Shown: positions 11,651 to 23,500 of the stretch, piece after piece
Layout: each line of letters begins with the position of its first letter
Numbering within the stretch: the first letter of the stretch is position 1
Assembly (NCBI GenBank): GCA_032718475.1
Contig: JAUCBJ010001162.1
Coordinates: 1-58,823 of the forward strand
Source of the DNA: Nemertoderma westbladi
Lineage: Eukaryota > Animalia > Xenacoelomorpha
DNA length: 58,823 nt
Direction: 5' to 3'
Program-made: the position numbers and the translations under genes
Notes under the pieces: generated by a model
Told to the model about the DNA's origin: nothing
The model's input: only the letters and a program-made list of their open reading frames with translations
Databases searched by the model: none

Positions 11651-12203
11651 AATAATTATATTTATTTATTATCAAGCACGTTAAGTAAAAAACCTTACCG
11701 GTAGGTGTGTTGGTTCCAAAGTATGTAAAAAACTAAAAAGCAACAGGACCTAGATGTTGCATGCAATCAGTGATCAGCTGACAGTAGCCATCTGATCGGT
11801 AGGTTTCGCCCCGCAGCTGAAGGCATTCTCAGGAGGCTAAGCCAGGAAATGTAGAGAGAAATTCACAAAGGGAGACAGAACGAGTATTGAAATGAAGAGA
11901 GAGGTCTGTAGGTAACTAGCCACTGGGAAGCAGCACCACATACTTACGCCAATCACGTTTCTGCTTGTTGATAGCGGGCTTGCGTGTTTGAATGTAATAC
12001 ATTGCAAGCTTTTGCAAGACTGGCCGCCATGGGTGTCTAGCAATTACTTTGAAATGTTTAAACAATTCACGGCACTCCACGTGTATTGGGATCGCCGCGG
12101 TGCGTCTAGGTCCTGTTGCTTTTTAGTTTTTTATATACTTTGGCACTGACATACCTACCGTTTTTTACTTAACGTGCTTGATAAATAAATAAATATAATT
12201 ATT
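11651..12203 (-). mobile_element. 5'-truncated Penelope-like element with an inverted copy of its 3' end
   Basis: Minus-strand frame RELFKHFKVIARH...LQKLAMYYIQTRKPAINKQ...PSG* (GIY-YIG C-terminus, stop at 11916-11918) is homologous to 50430-50590. 11651-11755 and 12103-12203 are inverted repeats, an arrangement typical of Penelope insertions. Confidence 0.8.
11803..11832 (-). ncRNA. Degenerate hammerhead-ribozyme-like core in the Penelope 3' region
   Basis: Minus strand CTGAGAA-TGCCTTCAGCTGCGGGGC-GAAAC has a CUGANRA / stem II / GAAA layout. No cleavage triplet or stem III was resolved. Confidence 0.4.
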
Positions 12204-13691
12204 GGTTTTCAAGCTTCTCCTTCACATTATAACACTAGAGGAAAACATATCATATTAATGCTGCACATAATAGCGAAGTAATAGAGACTTCAGCTCTAGA
12301 AGAGTAACTTTACAAAGGATTGAACCTAAATTTGCAATTGCCCTACGGCTGTATCAATAGGCCTATATTGCTGCAGTGTATATTGATATGTTACTGCAAT
12401 ATATTGCTGCAGCAATATCAGCACTGTAACTATTAATTAATTTCAATACAACAGTAACTAACACGAACTACAGTAGCAGACTGAATCGGTGCAGGAATAT
12501 AAAAAATGCTTTCAATTTCTATAACTTGTTGATCTCATGGATATAATATTGTAATATTAGGTGTAATCGTTTTTCTGATGCCCTATTAATACCTATTATA
12601 ATATTTGATAATAATATATTGAGACTCAATTTTAACAAGAACATTTTTTTACAGTAACCGTTTCTTAATTTAGCAATTTTCGAGTGAAACAACATAAATA
12701 TTAACTTTATAGGGTGTAACTGTAATTGTTGAAAATACTTATACAATTATAATATTATACTTATACTAATTAATACTTATATAAAAAAAAACTTATTTTC
12801 ATTACAAGGTACTGCGCTGAGTAATTCCTATTTTATGGTTGTGCCTCATTATAATAACTATATAACTTAACTATTTTGCAGGTGTCAGGCTTTCCGTTAT
12901 ATTAAAAATTAATATTCGAAAGTCACTCATATTTAATCTCAAAATAGCGGCACCTGCTAACACCGGTAGTACCGTAATGAGGCCATTAGGCGACCTTTTA
13001 TAATAACTGATTACCAAGGTGCAAATATATTCATAATTAATAATTAAATTATAGTAGATAAAAGATAGATAGATAGATGGGCGGGGAATCGGGTTAGGAT
13101 AGGGTTACCTGGGGTGAAGCGGGGGGAAAAGTACGTGTTTTCCTTCCCGTGGATGGGCGAGTGGGGGGCGTCATGAAGCCAGTGGTGTTGAAGTTCAAGA
13201 ATGCTTTGGACCAATGGAGATTATCTGTGGGGATATCGACGAAGAGTGGGTTAAACTTAGAAAAAATACTGGTGAGGAAGAGGGAACAAACAGATTGGAG
13301 AGGGAACAGGCCGTGTGGTAGGCCTCGGTGTACAGGATTTGGGGGTCTCCCACCTACCGGCGGGGCAGAGGACCGGTCATTCCTGACTGATGGAGGGACA
13401 GGAAAGTCTGAAGGTGGTACTAGCGGGGGTTTCAGGCTTTGGTGTACTGTGCTAGTGTCTAAATATCATGTATTATTGTTGATTTATATGTAACTTTATA
13501 ACCATCTACCTTGATATAGAGCCTAGAGCTGGAAATCGATCGGATTATAAAATAAATCACCGTTTAGTTCACGAGGGGAGTCCCCAGCGTTTAACTCATA
13601 AAAAAGAAAGCATCAGATTCGAAGGATTTACAATTCGGGAGGTAAAAGTTTGAAGCACTTGCTCTCACTGTTAGAGTGTGAGTAGCAGGGT

Positions 13692-14030
13692 CTTGGCCGG
13701 CTTTGCGACAGTTGGACCACACTGACACCCATTGGTTTTCATATGACACCCAATTATCTCCCATAGGGTGTCATTAGGTGTCATATGACACCCAATTATC
13801 ACCCATAGAGTGTCATTGGGTGTCATTGGCGGAGTGTCTGGGTGACACCTAATTGGGCTAATTAGACCCTAATTGACAGGTGTCATCAATTAATTAGTAA
13901 AATTAAACCCTAATGGATGTATTATAACAACTTATTAGTGTTTAATTGATTATCCTAATTAATCAGACCGAATATAGCGCCTTAACACACAATGGTTATC
14001 AGTGTTGTCCAACTGTCGCAAGCTGCCCTA
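13692..14030. mobile_element. MITE (~340 bp)
   Basis: Imperfect ~40-bp TIRs TTGCGACAGTTGGACCACACTGA / TCAGTGTTGTCCAACTGTCGCAA, with internal repeated TGACACCCAAT/GGTGTCA motifs. Confidence 0.7.
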
Positions 14031-15270
14031 GGGGTGTCATACTGTAAGAGACACCTCTTCCTTTTATTTATTGGTATTTATTTATTTTAAATTAATTAAT
14101 AGTATTACACTTTTACTTTATTTAATTGTATTACTTATTTAATTTATAAATTGATTTCTATTTTTAGAATTACCAATTAATAGTTTTATATATTACTTAC
14201 CGATTGACCTATGTTGTAATTATAAAAATCAATTTAGCTTTGAAACCAATAGATTAACACGCAACTGGCCCTTGCGTTACTTAGGGCCTCAATCTACAGT
14301 AATCCCCCTACTGCTACTTCATCTTAGCAAGGTTAATTAATTCGAGTTGATATAGCAGCTCAGAGGGCCCACTACAGTATAGGGGAATTATAATCCCCAT
14401 TCATTCTTTAACGCACTACAAGTCCTGTCATCATAAAGGGCCCCCACAGTTAATAATATCAGTAATAATTTTCAGTATACTGTGTAATTAAATAAGTCAT
14501 ATAATACAATAAGTCATTAATACATAAGTTATATACGGTTTATCTACAATTTATTTAATTTATTTATAATTATAACCCTAATTGTTCTATTATAATTTAT
14601 GTTTTATTATATCAAGCTATATATTTTTAATCTTTATTAATTTTCTTTGTGTTGAGGTTTTCAAGGGCGCTGTTTCCAATGGTCCTACTCTCAAAACGAT
14701 CTATCCTATAATTAATTACATAATTCTGCGAGGCATGCATAATTAACAAATCTCATTTACCAGTTATCCTTAAAAACTATGAAGCTATATTGCATACGAG
14801 TTCTGAGCGGCGAAGAATGAGGCGAGATGTTGGAGACTTATTTAGGCATATTATTACAGCATTTTAAACCCTCAGTCTTATAGGAAAAGATCCTTGATGA
14901 GCGCTATATACAAATAACAGAGAGAAAATTTAACAAATCCTTTACTATAGCTAACACGATTTAAGCTCATGAAGCTCTAATTAAATTCAAGGCTATGGCT
15001 ATATTACGATTCTACCTCCCTCGCTGCAACGTAATGCTCAGAGCTGTCTGAAGTTCCCCAGTCTACCGCTAGAGGGCGAATTATCTGAAACTTAACATCT
15101 TCTCTAACTTTGTTATTTACAATACACTTAGGCTGAAACTTGGTAGGTATCTACTATGGCATAAGCTATACTTTACTGAGGAGGTTGATCGGCCCACAGT
15201 TCTCCAGTCTGCTGCTAAAAACTCGGATTTAAGACCCTACTAGAGGCAGTACTAAAGTCTCGAGTTTTAG

Positions 15271-15720
15271 GTCTGAGGCAGATTCTGGGCCTCAGTGAAG
15301 CATAGTCTGGGCCTCAGTGAGGCATAGTCTGCGCCTCAGTGATGCATAGTCTGGGCCTCAGTGGGGTATAGTCTGGGCCTCAGTGAGGCATAATCTGAAT
15401 CTGAGTCTCAGAGGACCTGAGATTGAAGTTCTACATAGTCTGGGCCTCAGTGAGGCGTAGTCTGGGCCTCACTGAGGCATAGTCTGGACCTCATTGAAGC
15501 ATAGTCTGGGCCACAGAGGGGAGGGCCTCAGATTGAGGGTCTACATAGTCTGGGCCTCAGTGAGGCATAGTCTAGGCATCAGTGAGGCATAGTATGAGCC
15601 TGGCATAGTGTGGGCCTCAGTGAGGCATAGTCTGGGCCTCACTGAGGCATAGTCTGACCCTCAGAGAGGCATAGTCTGGGCCTCAGTGAGACATAGTCAG
15701 GGCCTCAGATTGAGGGTCTA
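15271..15720. repeat. 22-bp minisatellite with an internal palindrome
   Basis: Unit CATAGTCTGGGCCTCAGTGAGG, containing GCCTCA-G-TGAGGC. Roughly 18-20 units with interruptions. Confidence 0.9.
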
Positions 15721-16300
15721 AGGCTTTCAAGCTGATCATTTGCTAAATGTATGCCTTATCAGTTCAAAAGATCACTGACCTAACCTCAAATTATCTATTA
15801 CGTCTTGATCCAACTTAGAGGCGACTAACAAGTTGCCCATTATGATGTTATTGGCTGCTTTACTCACATCTGCTCTCATATTGGCTGCTTTACTCGCATC
15901 TGCTCTCTGATTGGCTACTCCAATCTAAGTTTCCTCTATATAGACCCCTTGTTAACCGCTTTCCCATTCATTGTCACCGCCAGTCACTCTGAACGGTTCC
16001 TTTGTCCAAAGCTGATATACATGTCCATTTACAATATATTTAACTTTCTCAAACAAATCTCGATTGCCTAGTGAATTGCCCCCTTCTCGGCGAATGGTGA
16101 ACAGACTGAGTGCTTAGGTCACCTGCACTCGTTTTCGTAGCTTAGGAAGTCAGAACCGGAGTCATTGTTTTTGTTGATTCTGCTTTGGCTTGATTTCGCT
16201 TGATTAGCTTGATATGTGATAGCTTGATTAAATCTGTGTGTTCTATTAGAGAACACAAGCATATCAAAAAAAAGAAATATACAAGCTATATATCTTTACA

Positions 16301-16840
16301 ATGATGAAGGAAGTGAAGGTCAGGAAGAAAGTGAGGAACAAGAAAATAAAGAAAGTGGTGAACAAGAAGATGAAGAAAGTGAATATCAGGAAAGTGAAGA
16401 AGAGGATAAAAATGATAATAACGAGAAAATATTGAGACAATTACTCGAAAATAAGAATACATTGCAGAAAATTATTAAACATTTGAAGGAAAATTAAGTA
16501 AATAAAGAGGTGACATGGACCCAAGTTCTAGGAAGTAAAATAAGAGAATGATGAAAATAAAGAAGAGATATTGAGACAGATATTAGGAAACAAAAATCAA
16601 TTGCGGAAATTTAATAAACAAATGGAAGAAAATGAAGAAAATAGAGAAGAGATATTAAGACATCGCCTTGGAAATAAAAGTAAATTATTGAAAATAAATG
16701 AACAATTGAATAAAATTAAGAAACAATTGAATAATGAGGAAGATGAAAGTGAAGAAAATCAACCAACTTTTACTCATTCTCGAGCACCTACTATGCGGAA
16801 CTCTCGTACTGTTTCTGCACGCGCAGGATATCGCCGATGA
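16301..16840 (+). pseudogene. Degraded acidic/coiled-coil coding remnant inside the long-TIR element
   Basis: NDEGSEGQEESEEQENKES...EKILRQLLENKNTLQK...*, then EEILRQILGNKNQLRK and EEILRHRLGNKSKLLK: a ~27-aa repeat broken by a stop and a frameshift. Confidence 0.45.
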
Positions 16841-19800
16841 AATTTGTTTGTTTGAGTTCCTTTCATAATAGTATTAGGACAGGACTATTTATCCATAACA
16901 ATTATATTAGTATTAGGACTATTTATCCGTAATAAGTATTGCTATTAGGTCTATTTATTCATGAAATTATATGTTTTTTATAATATACTTTGGAAAATTA
17001 GTCGACTAAGTCATAATTTTCAAAACTTTAAATACGGGTTGACTTATTTTATAAAGTTAAGAAGAGGGAATCAATAGAGGCAACCTGAAGTCTAATCTCT
17101 TGGTCTTTACTCTCTAAACAAATGATATACTCTAATTAATTAGTTCACTAATTAACTAATTAATATGATTAATTAGAGCTTCGCGAGCTTAAATCGTGTT
17201 AGCTATAGTAAAGGATTCGTTAAATTTTATCTCTGTTATTTGTATATTGAGCTCATCAAGGACCTATTCCTATAAGACTGAGGGTTTAAAATGATGTAAT
17301 AATGTGCCTAAATAAGTCTCAAACATATCGCCTCATGCCTCGCCCCTCAGAACTCGAATGCATATACAGTAGCTTCATCTTTTTTTGGATAACTGGTAAA
17401 CGAGATTTGTTAATTATGCATGCCTCGCAGACTTAAGTAATTAATTATAGGTTATATCGTTTTGAGAATAGGACCATTGGAAACAGCGCCCTCGATAACC
17501 TCAGTCCTCAGTCCCTCAGTCCAGTCCTCAATGCGTTGGTCAGTCAATTTAAACTGGATAAATATGATGACATGGATCTAATTAATTCGTTCTTGTATTA
17601 CTGCAGTTAATCAGCTGGGATGCGATCTTAGCAATGGGAAACGTCGTTGCGTGGCGGCTGTTTACCAGGGACAAGATGATGTCATCCGGGTCAAATGTGT
17701 CACTAATTTCAACACACACGAAATTGCGATCTAAGACATATTTGGTCTTTACTAAAAATGAACATAATGATTTTGTATTTTTGAATATTGTTTATATTAT
17801 TGTGCATAACAGTGGCAAAATGTATTGTCTTTGTAGCTCATTTGTAGGAAATTCAATACTAGGCGATCTCGACTTATCCAATCTCCATGATCATTTGATA
17901 CAGTGTTTACATAGGAATGCGGTGAAAAATATTTTGGAGTGTACCATGCATCAGCGACAATGACCATGATTGAACACTGAGTAGGTGTTACTACAACTGC
18001 TACGAGAAATGTTATGAATTTTAGTAATATCTGTATATCGAATATCTTGAAAAACCAATAATTTTGGTGTTATTTTTTATGTTTCTACACCTATAAATTC
18101 TAGTACAGTAATATCTGTATATCTAATATCTGGCAAAACCAGTAAATGGTGTTATTAGTTGTTTTTATACCTAATTAGTTTTAGAATAAATTTCGCACTT
18201 TGGGCTAACCCTGTAATTCTATAATAAAATAGCTTAGTATTTTTATATACCATGTCCAGTAATTTTCGTTGTTTTGGTGGCATGGAAGTCTTGATCTTGA
18301 TCTTTCCAAACACCCATAGAGGCAGAAATAACTGAAATGTTTTGTTAAATACCGGTATGTGTTTAACAGTTTTTTTCATTATACCTGTAACTAATTCTCT
18401 AGAAAATTACACATTTGATAAACTTAACAAAACTTGCAAATTCCTTAACTAATTTGATAGACTTGGAAGGCATTTTAAAATGGATGTTCTAAGCTTACTA
18501 TGTTTTGCAAAGTACTTCTCACATTTTTGAACCGAATTACTTACAAGCATTTTCTAAATTAGTAAGGTATTATGGTCCGGGATGCCCAGGCCCAGGCCCC
18601 CCACCACTGACCCTGACCCAGGCCACCCACCACTCTAAATCCGGCCCTGTACCCACCCTGCCGCCATTGTTTTCGTATTTCTTCCATTTCTCTTTCTACA
18701 CTCGGTCTCGCTAGCACCTTTCTTTCTCCACCCTCTCTGCACTTTCTCCCCCTAACACCTTTTCCCTCTCCGTGGTATTCTCTCCCCCCTCCCACTACCA
18801 CCAAGACATTCACCTCCCATCTCCCCCCTCTCGCCTCTCCCACTACCCCCACCCGGCCATTCACCCTAGTTCCTTCACTGAACCCACATGGGGCGTGTAT
18901 AATTAACATGAATAATGCATTCCATTAGGATTAATTGCTTCAAAGCACGGGAAGCAAAAAAATAAGATCAATAATGTAGCTTTAACTTACAGTGAAGTAA
19001 TAATGTAGTATTACACTGTGATATACATAAAACATTAATCATATTATACACGCTACACACTGAATTGTTATACTAAGTATAACGATTTACAGGTTAGATT
19101 CTCTCCGTTGTATTTTGGTACACTATAACTTTTGCGATTTATCTTATGATTTATGTAACAGCCAACTGACAAAATAAAAGAACAGATAAGCAGTGCCGGA
19201 AGGACATTAGGGCACAGAAACTGGCAGATTCTTCGCGAATTTCGCAAACGTCGCGAATTTCGCAAACATCGGGAATTTTTTCTACAATGTTGACTCCTTA
19301 ATTAAGTAAAAGGGTCCCAAATAAGTTTTTTAACCTTTAATTTTTATTTGTTTCTGAGTGCTTTTTTATATAGATGAATGTTCTAGAACCTTAGTAAATA
19401 TTTTTTTGTGGTATGTAGTGTTTTTTTTTTTACTAGCTAGTATTTTACAAAAATCATATTGTTTTTGAGTGTTTTTTTTATATTAGTGAATGTTCTAGAA
19501 CCTTAGTAGATTTTTTATGGTAGCTAGTATTTTTTACTATAAAATACTTCGAGGAGAAATTTAAAAGTGACAAATTCTTCATATAAAAATTTCAATAAAT
19601 TTTCTTGAGCGTGTTGTCGGCTGTTAATTGTCTGCTGTCGGTTATATGCTGTCGGTTGTTTAGTGTCGGTTGTCCGCTGATGGTGACCGGTAATCAGTTG
19701 TCTGCTGTCAATCATCTGTTGTCGGTTATCTGCTGTAGCTTGGCTGCTTTTGGTTGTCGGCGTAACATTTAAAACCGTGTTGGAATAAGGGGAGGGGAAG

Positions 19801-20139
19801 CCTTTCCAAAATTTGTAGATAGAGTGTGTTATAAATTTTAGTGGACGTGAGGGTTATTCATAGTTAATTATAAAATACCCTTCCTTTCATTGTAGCTGCT
19901 GAGTTATAAGACGGATAAGTACAGTAGGATTGAGAACAGTGGCTGCAGATTATTGGTATTTATATTTGGGAGGCCATGAGGACAAGGGCTATCAAAAATT
20001 AATTGGGCAAACAATTAATTGCAATTAATTGACCCAATTAATTGATTGGTGGTTTCCAAATAATTGGATAATTGATTGGAATTGATTAAATTGCTGTAAA
20101 ACAAGTGTGAGTGATAATGACAAAACCAATAAAGGACGG

Positions 20140-20393
20140 AGATAGGGGGGAAACTGGACCAAATCCCATCTTGGCGAATTAATATCCCGCCTCAATGTTA
20201 AATTCTAAATTTAGGGAAATGAGCAGGTTACCGTGGCACGTTATTTTAACCAAAACAATAAACTAAACACAATAGAACAGGTTACAGTTTTATTATTGAG
20301 AGTAATCAGCTGTAACTTGCGTCGAATTTCCCCTGGAGAGGGATGAATTTTATTGCGTCCAGTTCCCCCCCCCCCCTCCCCCCCCCCCTATCT
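20140..20393. mobile_element. MITE with G/C-tract TIRs
   Basis: AGATAGGGGGGAAACTGGAC ... GTCCAGTT(C)nTATCT. Internal CAGGTTAC.GTG...AACCAAAACAATAAAC resembles, inverted, the interior of 31002-31237. Confidence 0.6.
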
Positions 20394-20510
20394 GAAAGAA
20401 CGATATCAGATGTGTAGGAACATAGGATGCAATATTGGCCACCAAGTAAGATTTGGTACGAGGGGGTGTGCCGTATACATTATATGAGTGACGAGTAATT
20501 AGAAGGTGAC

Positions 20511-23500
20511 CATTGTTGTACAAGTAGAGGGGAAATTGTATTGTATTAGAAGGGCTTTCAATTGTTGTACAAGTAGAGGGGACATTGTATTGTATTAGAA
20601 GGGCTTTCAATTGTTGTACAAGTAGAGGGGACATTATATTGTGTCAGAAGGGCTTTCAATTGTTGTACAAGTAGAGGGGACATTATATTGTGTCAGAAGG
20701 GCTTTCAATTGTTGTACAAGTAGAGGGGACATTGTATTGTATTAGAAGGGCTTTCAATTGTTGTACAAGTAGAGGGGACATTGTATTATGTCAGAAGGGC
20801 TTTCAATTGTTGTACAAGTAGAGGGGACATTGTATTATGTCAGAAGGGCTTCCAATTGTTGTACAAGTAGAGGGGACATTGTATTGTATTAGAAGGGCTT
20901 TCAATTGTTGTACAAGTAGAGGGGACATTATATTGTGTCAGAAGGGCTTTCAATTGTTGTACAAGTAGAGGGGACATTGTATTGTATTAGAAGGGCTTTC
21001 AATTGTTGTACAAGTAGAGGGGACATTGTATTGTATTATAAGGGCTTTCAATTGTTGTACAAGTAGAGGGGACATTGTATTGTGTCAGAAGGGCTTTCAA
21101 TTGTTGTACAAGTAGAGGGGACATTGTATTGTATTAGAAGGGCTTTCAATTGTTGTACAAGTAGAGGGGACATTGTATTGTATTAGAAGGGCTTTCAATT
21201 GTTGTACAAGTAGAGGGGACATTGTATTGTATTAGAAGGGCTTTCAATTGTTTTATAAGTAGAGGGGACATTGTATTGTGTCAGAAGGGCTTTCAATTGT
21301 TGTACAAGTAGAGGGGACATTGTATTGTGTCAGAAGGGCTTTCAATTGTTGTACAAGTAGAGGGGACATTGTATTGTATTAGAAGGGCTTTCAATTGTTG
21401 TACAAGTAGAGGGGACATTGTATTGTATTAGAAGGGCTTTCAATTGTTGTACAAGTAGAGGGGACATTGTATTGTATTAGAAGGGCTTTCAATTGTTGTA
21501 CAAGTAGAGGGGACATTATATTGTGTCTGAAGGGCTTTCAATTGTTGTACAAGTAGAGGGGACATTGTATTGTATTAGAAGGGCTTTCAATTGTTGTACA
21601 AGTAGAGGGGACATTGTATTGTATTAGAAGGGCTTTCAATTGTTATACAAGTAGAGGGGACATTGTATTGTATTAGAAGGGCTTTCAATTGTTGTACAAG
21701 TAGAGGGGACATTGTATTGTATTAGAAGGGCTTTCAATTGTTGTACAAGTAGAGGGGACATTGTATTGTGTCAGAAGGGCTTTCAATTGTTGTACAAGTA
21801 GAGGGGACATTATATTGTATTAGAAGGGCTTTCAATTGTTGTACAAGTAGAGGGGACATTGTATTGTATTAGAAGGGCTTTCAATTATTGTACAAGTAGA
21901 GGGGACATTGTATTGTGTCAGAAGGGCTTTCAATTCTTGTACAAGTAGAGGGGACATTATATTGTATTAGAAGGGCTTTCAATTGTTGTACAAGTAGAGG
22001 GGACATTATATTGTATTAGAAGGGCTTTCAATTGTTGTACAAGTAGAGGGGACATTATATTGTATTAGAAGGGCTTTCAATTGTTGTACAAGTAGAGGGG
22101 ACATTATATTGTATTAGAAGGGCTTTCAATTGTTGTACAAGTAGAGGGGACATTGTATTGTGTCAGAAGGGCTTTCAATTGTTGTACAAGTAGAGGGGAC
22201 ATTATATTGTATTAGAAGGGCTTTCAATTGTTGTACAAGTAGAGGGGACATTATATTGTGTCAGAAGGGCTTTCAATTGTTGTACAAGTAGAGGGGACAT
22301 TATATTGTGTCAGAGGGGCTTTCAATTGTTGTACAAGTAGAGGGGACATTGTATTGTATTAGAAGGGCTTTCAATTGTTGTACAAGTAGAGGGGACATTG
22401 TATTGTGTCAGAAGGGCTTTCAATTGTTGTACAAGTAGAGGGGACATTATATTGTATTAGAAGGGCTTTCAATTGTTGTACAAGTAGAGGGGACATTATA
22501 TTGTATTAGAAGGGCTTTTAATTGTTGTACAAGTAGAGGGGACATTATATTGTATTAGAAGGGCTTTCAATTGTTGTACAAGTAGAGGGGACATTGTATT
22601 GTGTCAGAAGGGCTTTCAATTGTTGTACAAGTAGAGGGGACATTGTATTGTATTAGAAGGGCTTTCAATTGTTGTACAAGTAGAGGGGACATTGTATTGT
22701 ATTAGAAGGGCTTTCAATTGTTGTACAAGTAGAGGGGACATTGTATTGTGTCAGAAGGGCTTTCAATTGTTGTACAAGTAGAGGGGACATTATATTGTAT
22801 TAGAAGGGCTTTCAATTGTTGTACAAGTAGAGGGGACATTGTATTGTATTAGAAGGGCTTTCAATTGTTGTACAAGTAGAGGGGACATTGTATTGTATTA
22901 GAAGGGCTTTCAATTGTTGTACAAGTAGAGGGGACATTGTATTGTGTCAGAAGGGCTTTCAATTGTTGTACAAGTAGAGGGGACATTATATTGTATTAGA
23001 AGGGCTTTCAATTGTTGTACAAGTAGAGGGGACATTGTATTGTATTTAAGAAGGGCTTTCAATTGTTGTACAAGTAGAGGGGACATTGTATTGTATTAGA
23101 AGGGCTTTCAATTGTTGTACAAGTAGAGGGGACATTGTATTGTGTCAGAAGGGCTTTCAATTGTTGTACAAGTAGAGGGGACATTGTATTGTATTAGAAG
23201 GGCTTTCAATTGTTGTACAAGTAGAGGGGACATTATATTGTATTAGAAGGGCTTTCAATTGTTGTACAAGTAGAGGGGACATTGTATTGTATTAGAAGGG
23301 CTTTCAATTGTTGTACAAGTAGAGGGGACATTGTATTGTATTAGAAGGGCTTTCAATTGTTGTACAAGTAGAGGGGACATTCTATTGTGTCAGAAGGGCT
23401 TTCAATTTTTGTACAAGTTGAGGGGACATTATATTGTGTCAGAAGGGCTTTCAATTGTTGTACAAGTAGAGGGGACATTATATTGTATTAGAAGGGCTTT

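Larger units (their letters stand above)
14653..17503. mobile_element. Long-TIR (foldback-like) non-autonomous DNA element, 2.85 kb, superfamily unresolved
   Basis: 14653-14984 and 17169-17503 are ~330-bp inverted repeats (TGAGGTTTTCAAGGGCGCTGTTTCCAATGGTCCTA... / ...TAGGACCATTGGAAACAGCGCCCTCGATAACCTCA). No clean TSD and no transposase. Confidence 0.85.

Noticed and set aside
13080-13500. GC-richer patch open on both strands (ORF 13149-13493)
   Set aside because: No recognisable domain or splice structure. Probably a decayed repeat fragment next to a (GATA)n tract.
18505-19760. C-rich ORFs and short tandem repeats (18-bp TCGCGAATTTCGCAAACG, ~116-bp duplication, TGTCGG runs)
   Set aside because: Low-complexity repeat debris without definable termini or coding motifs.
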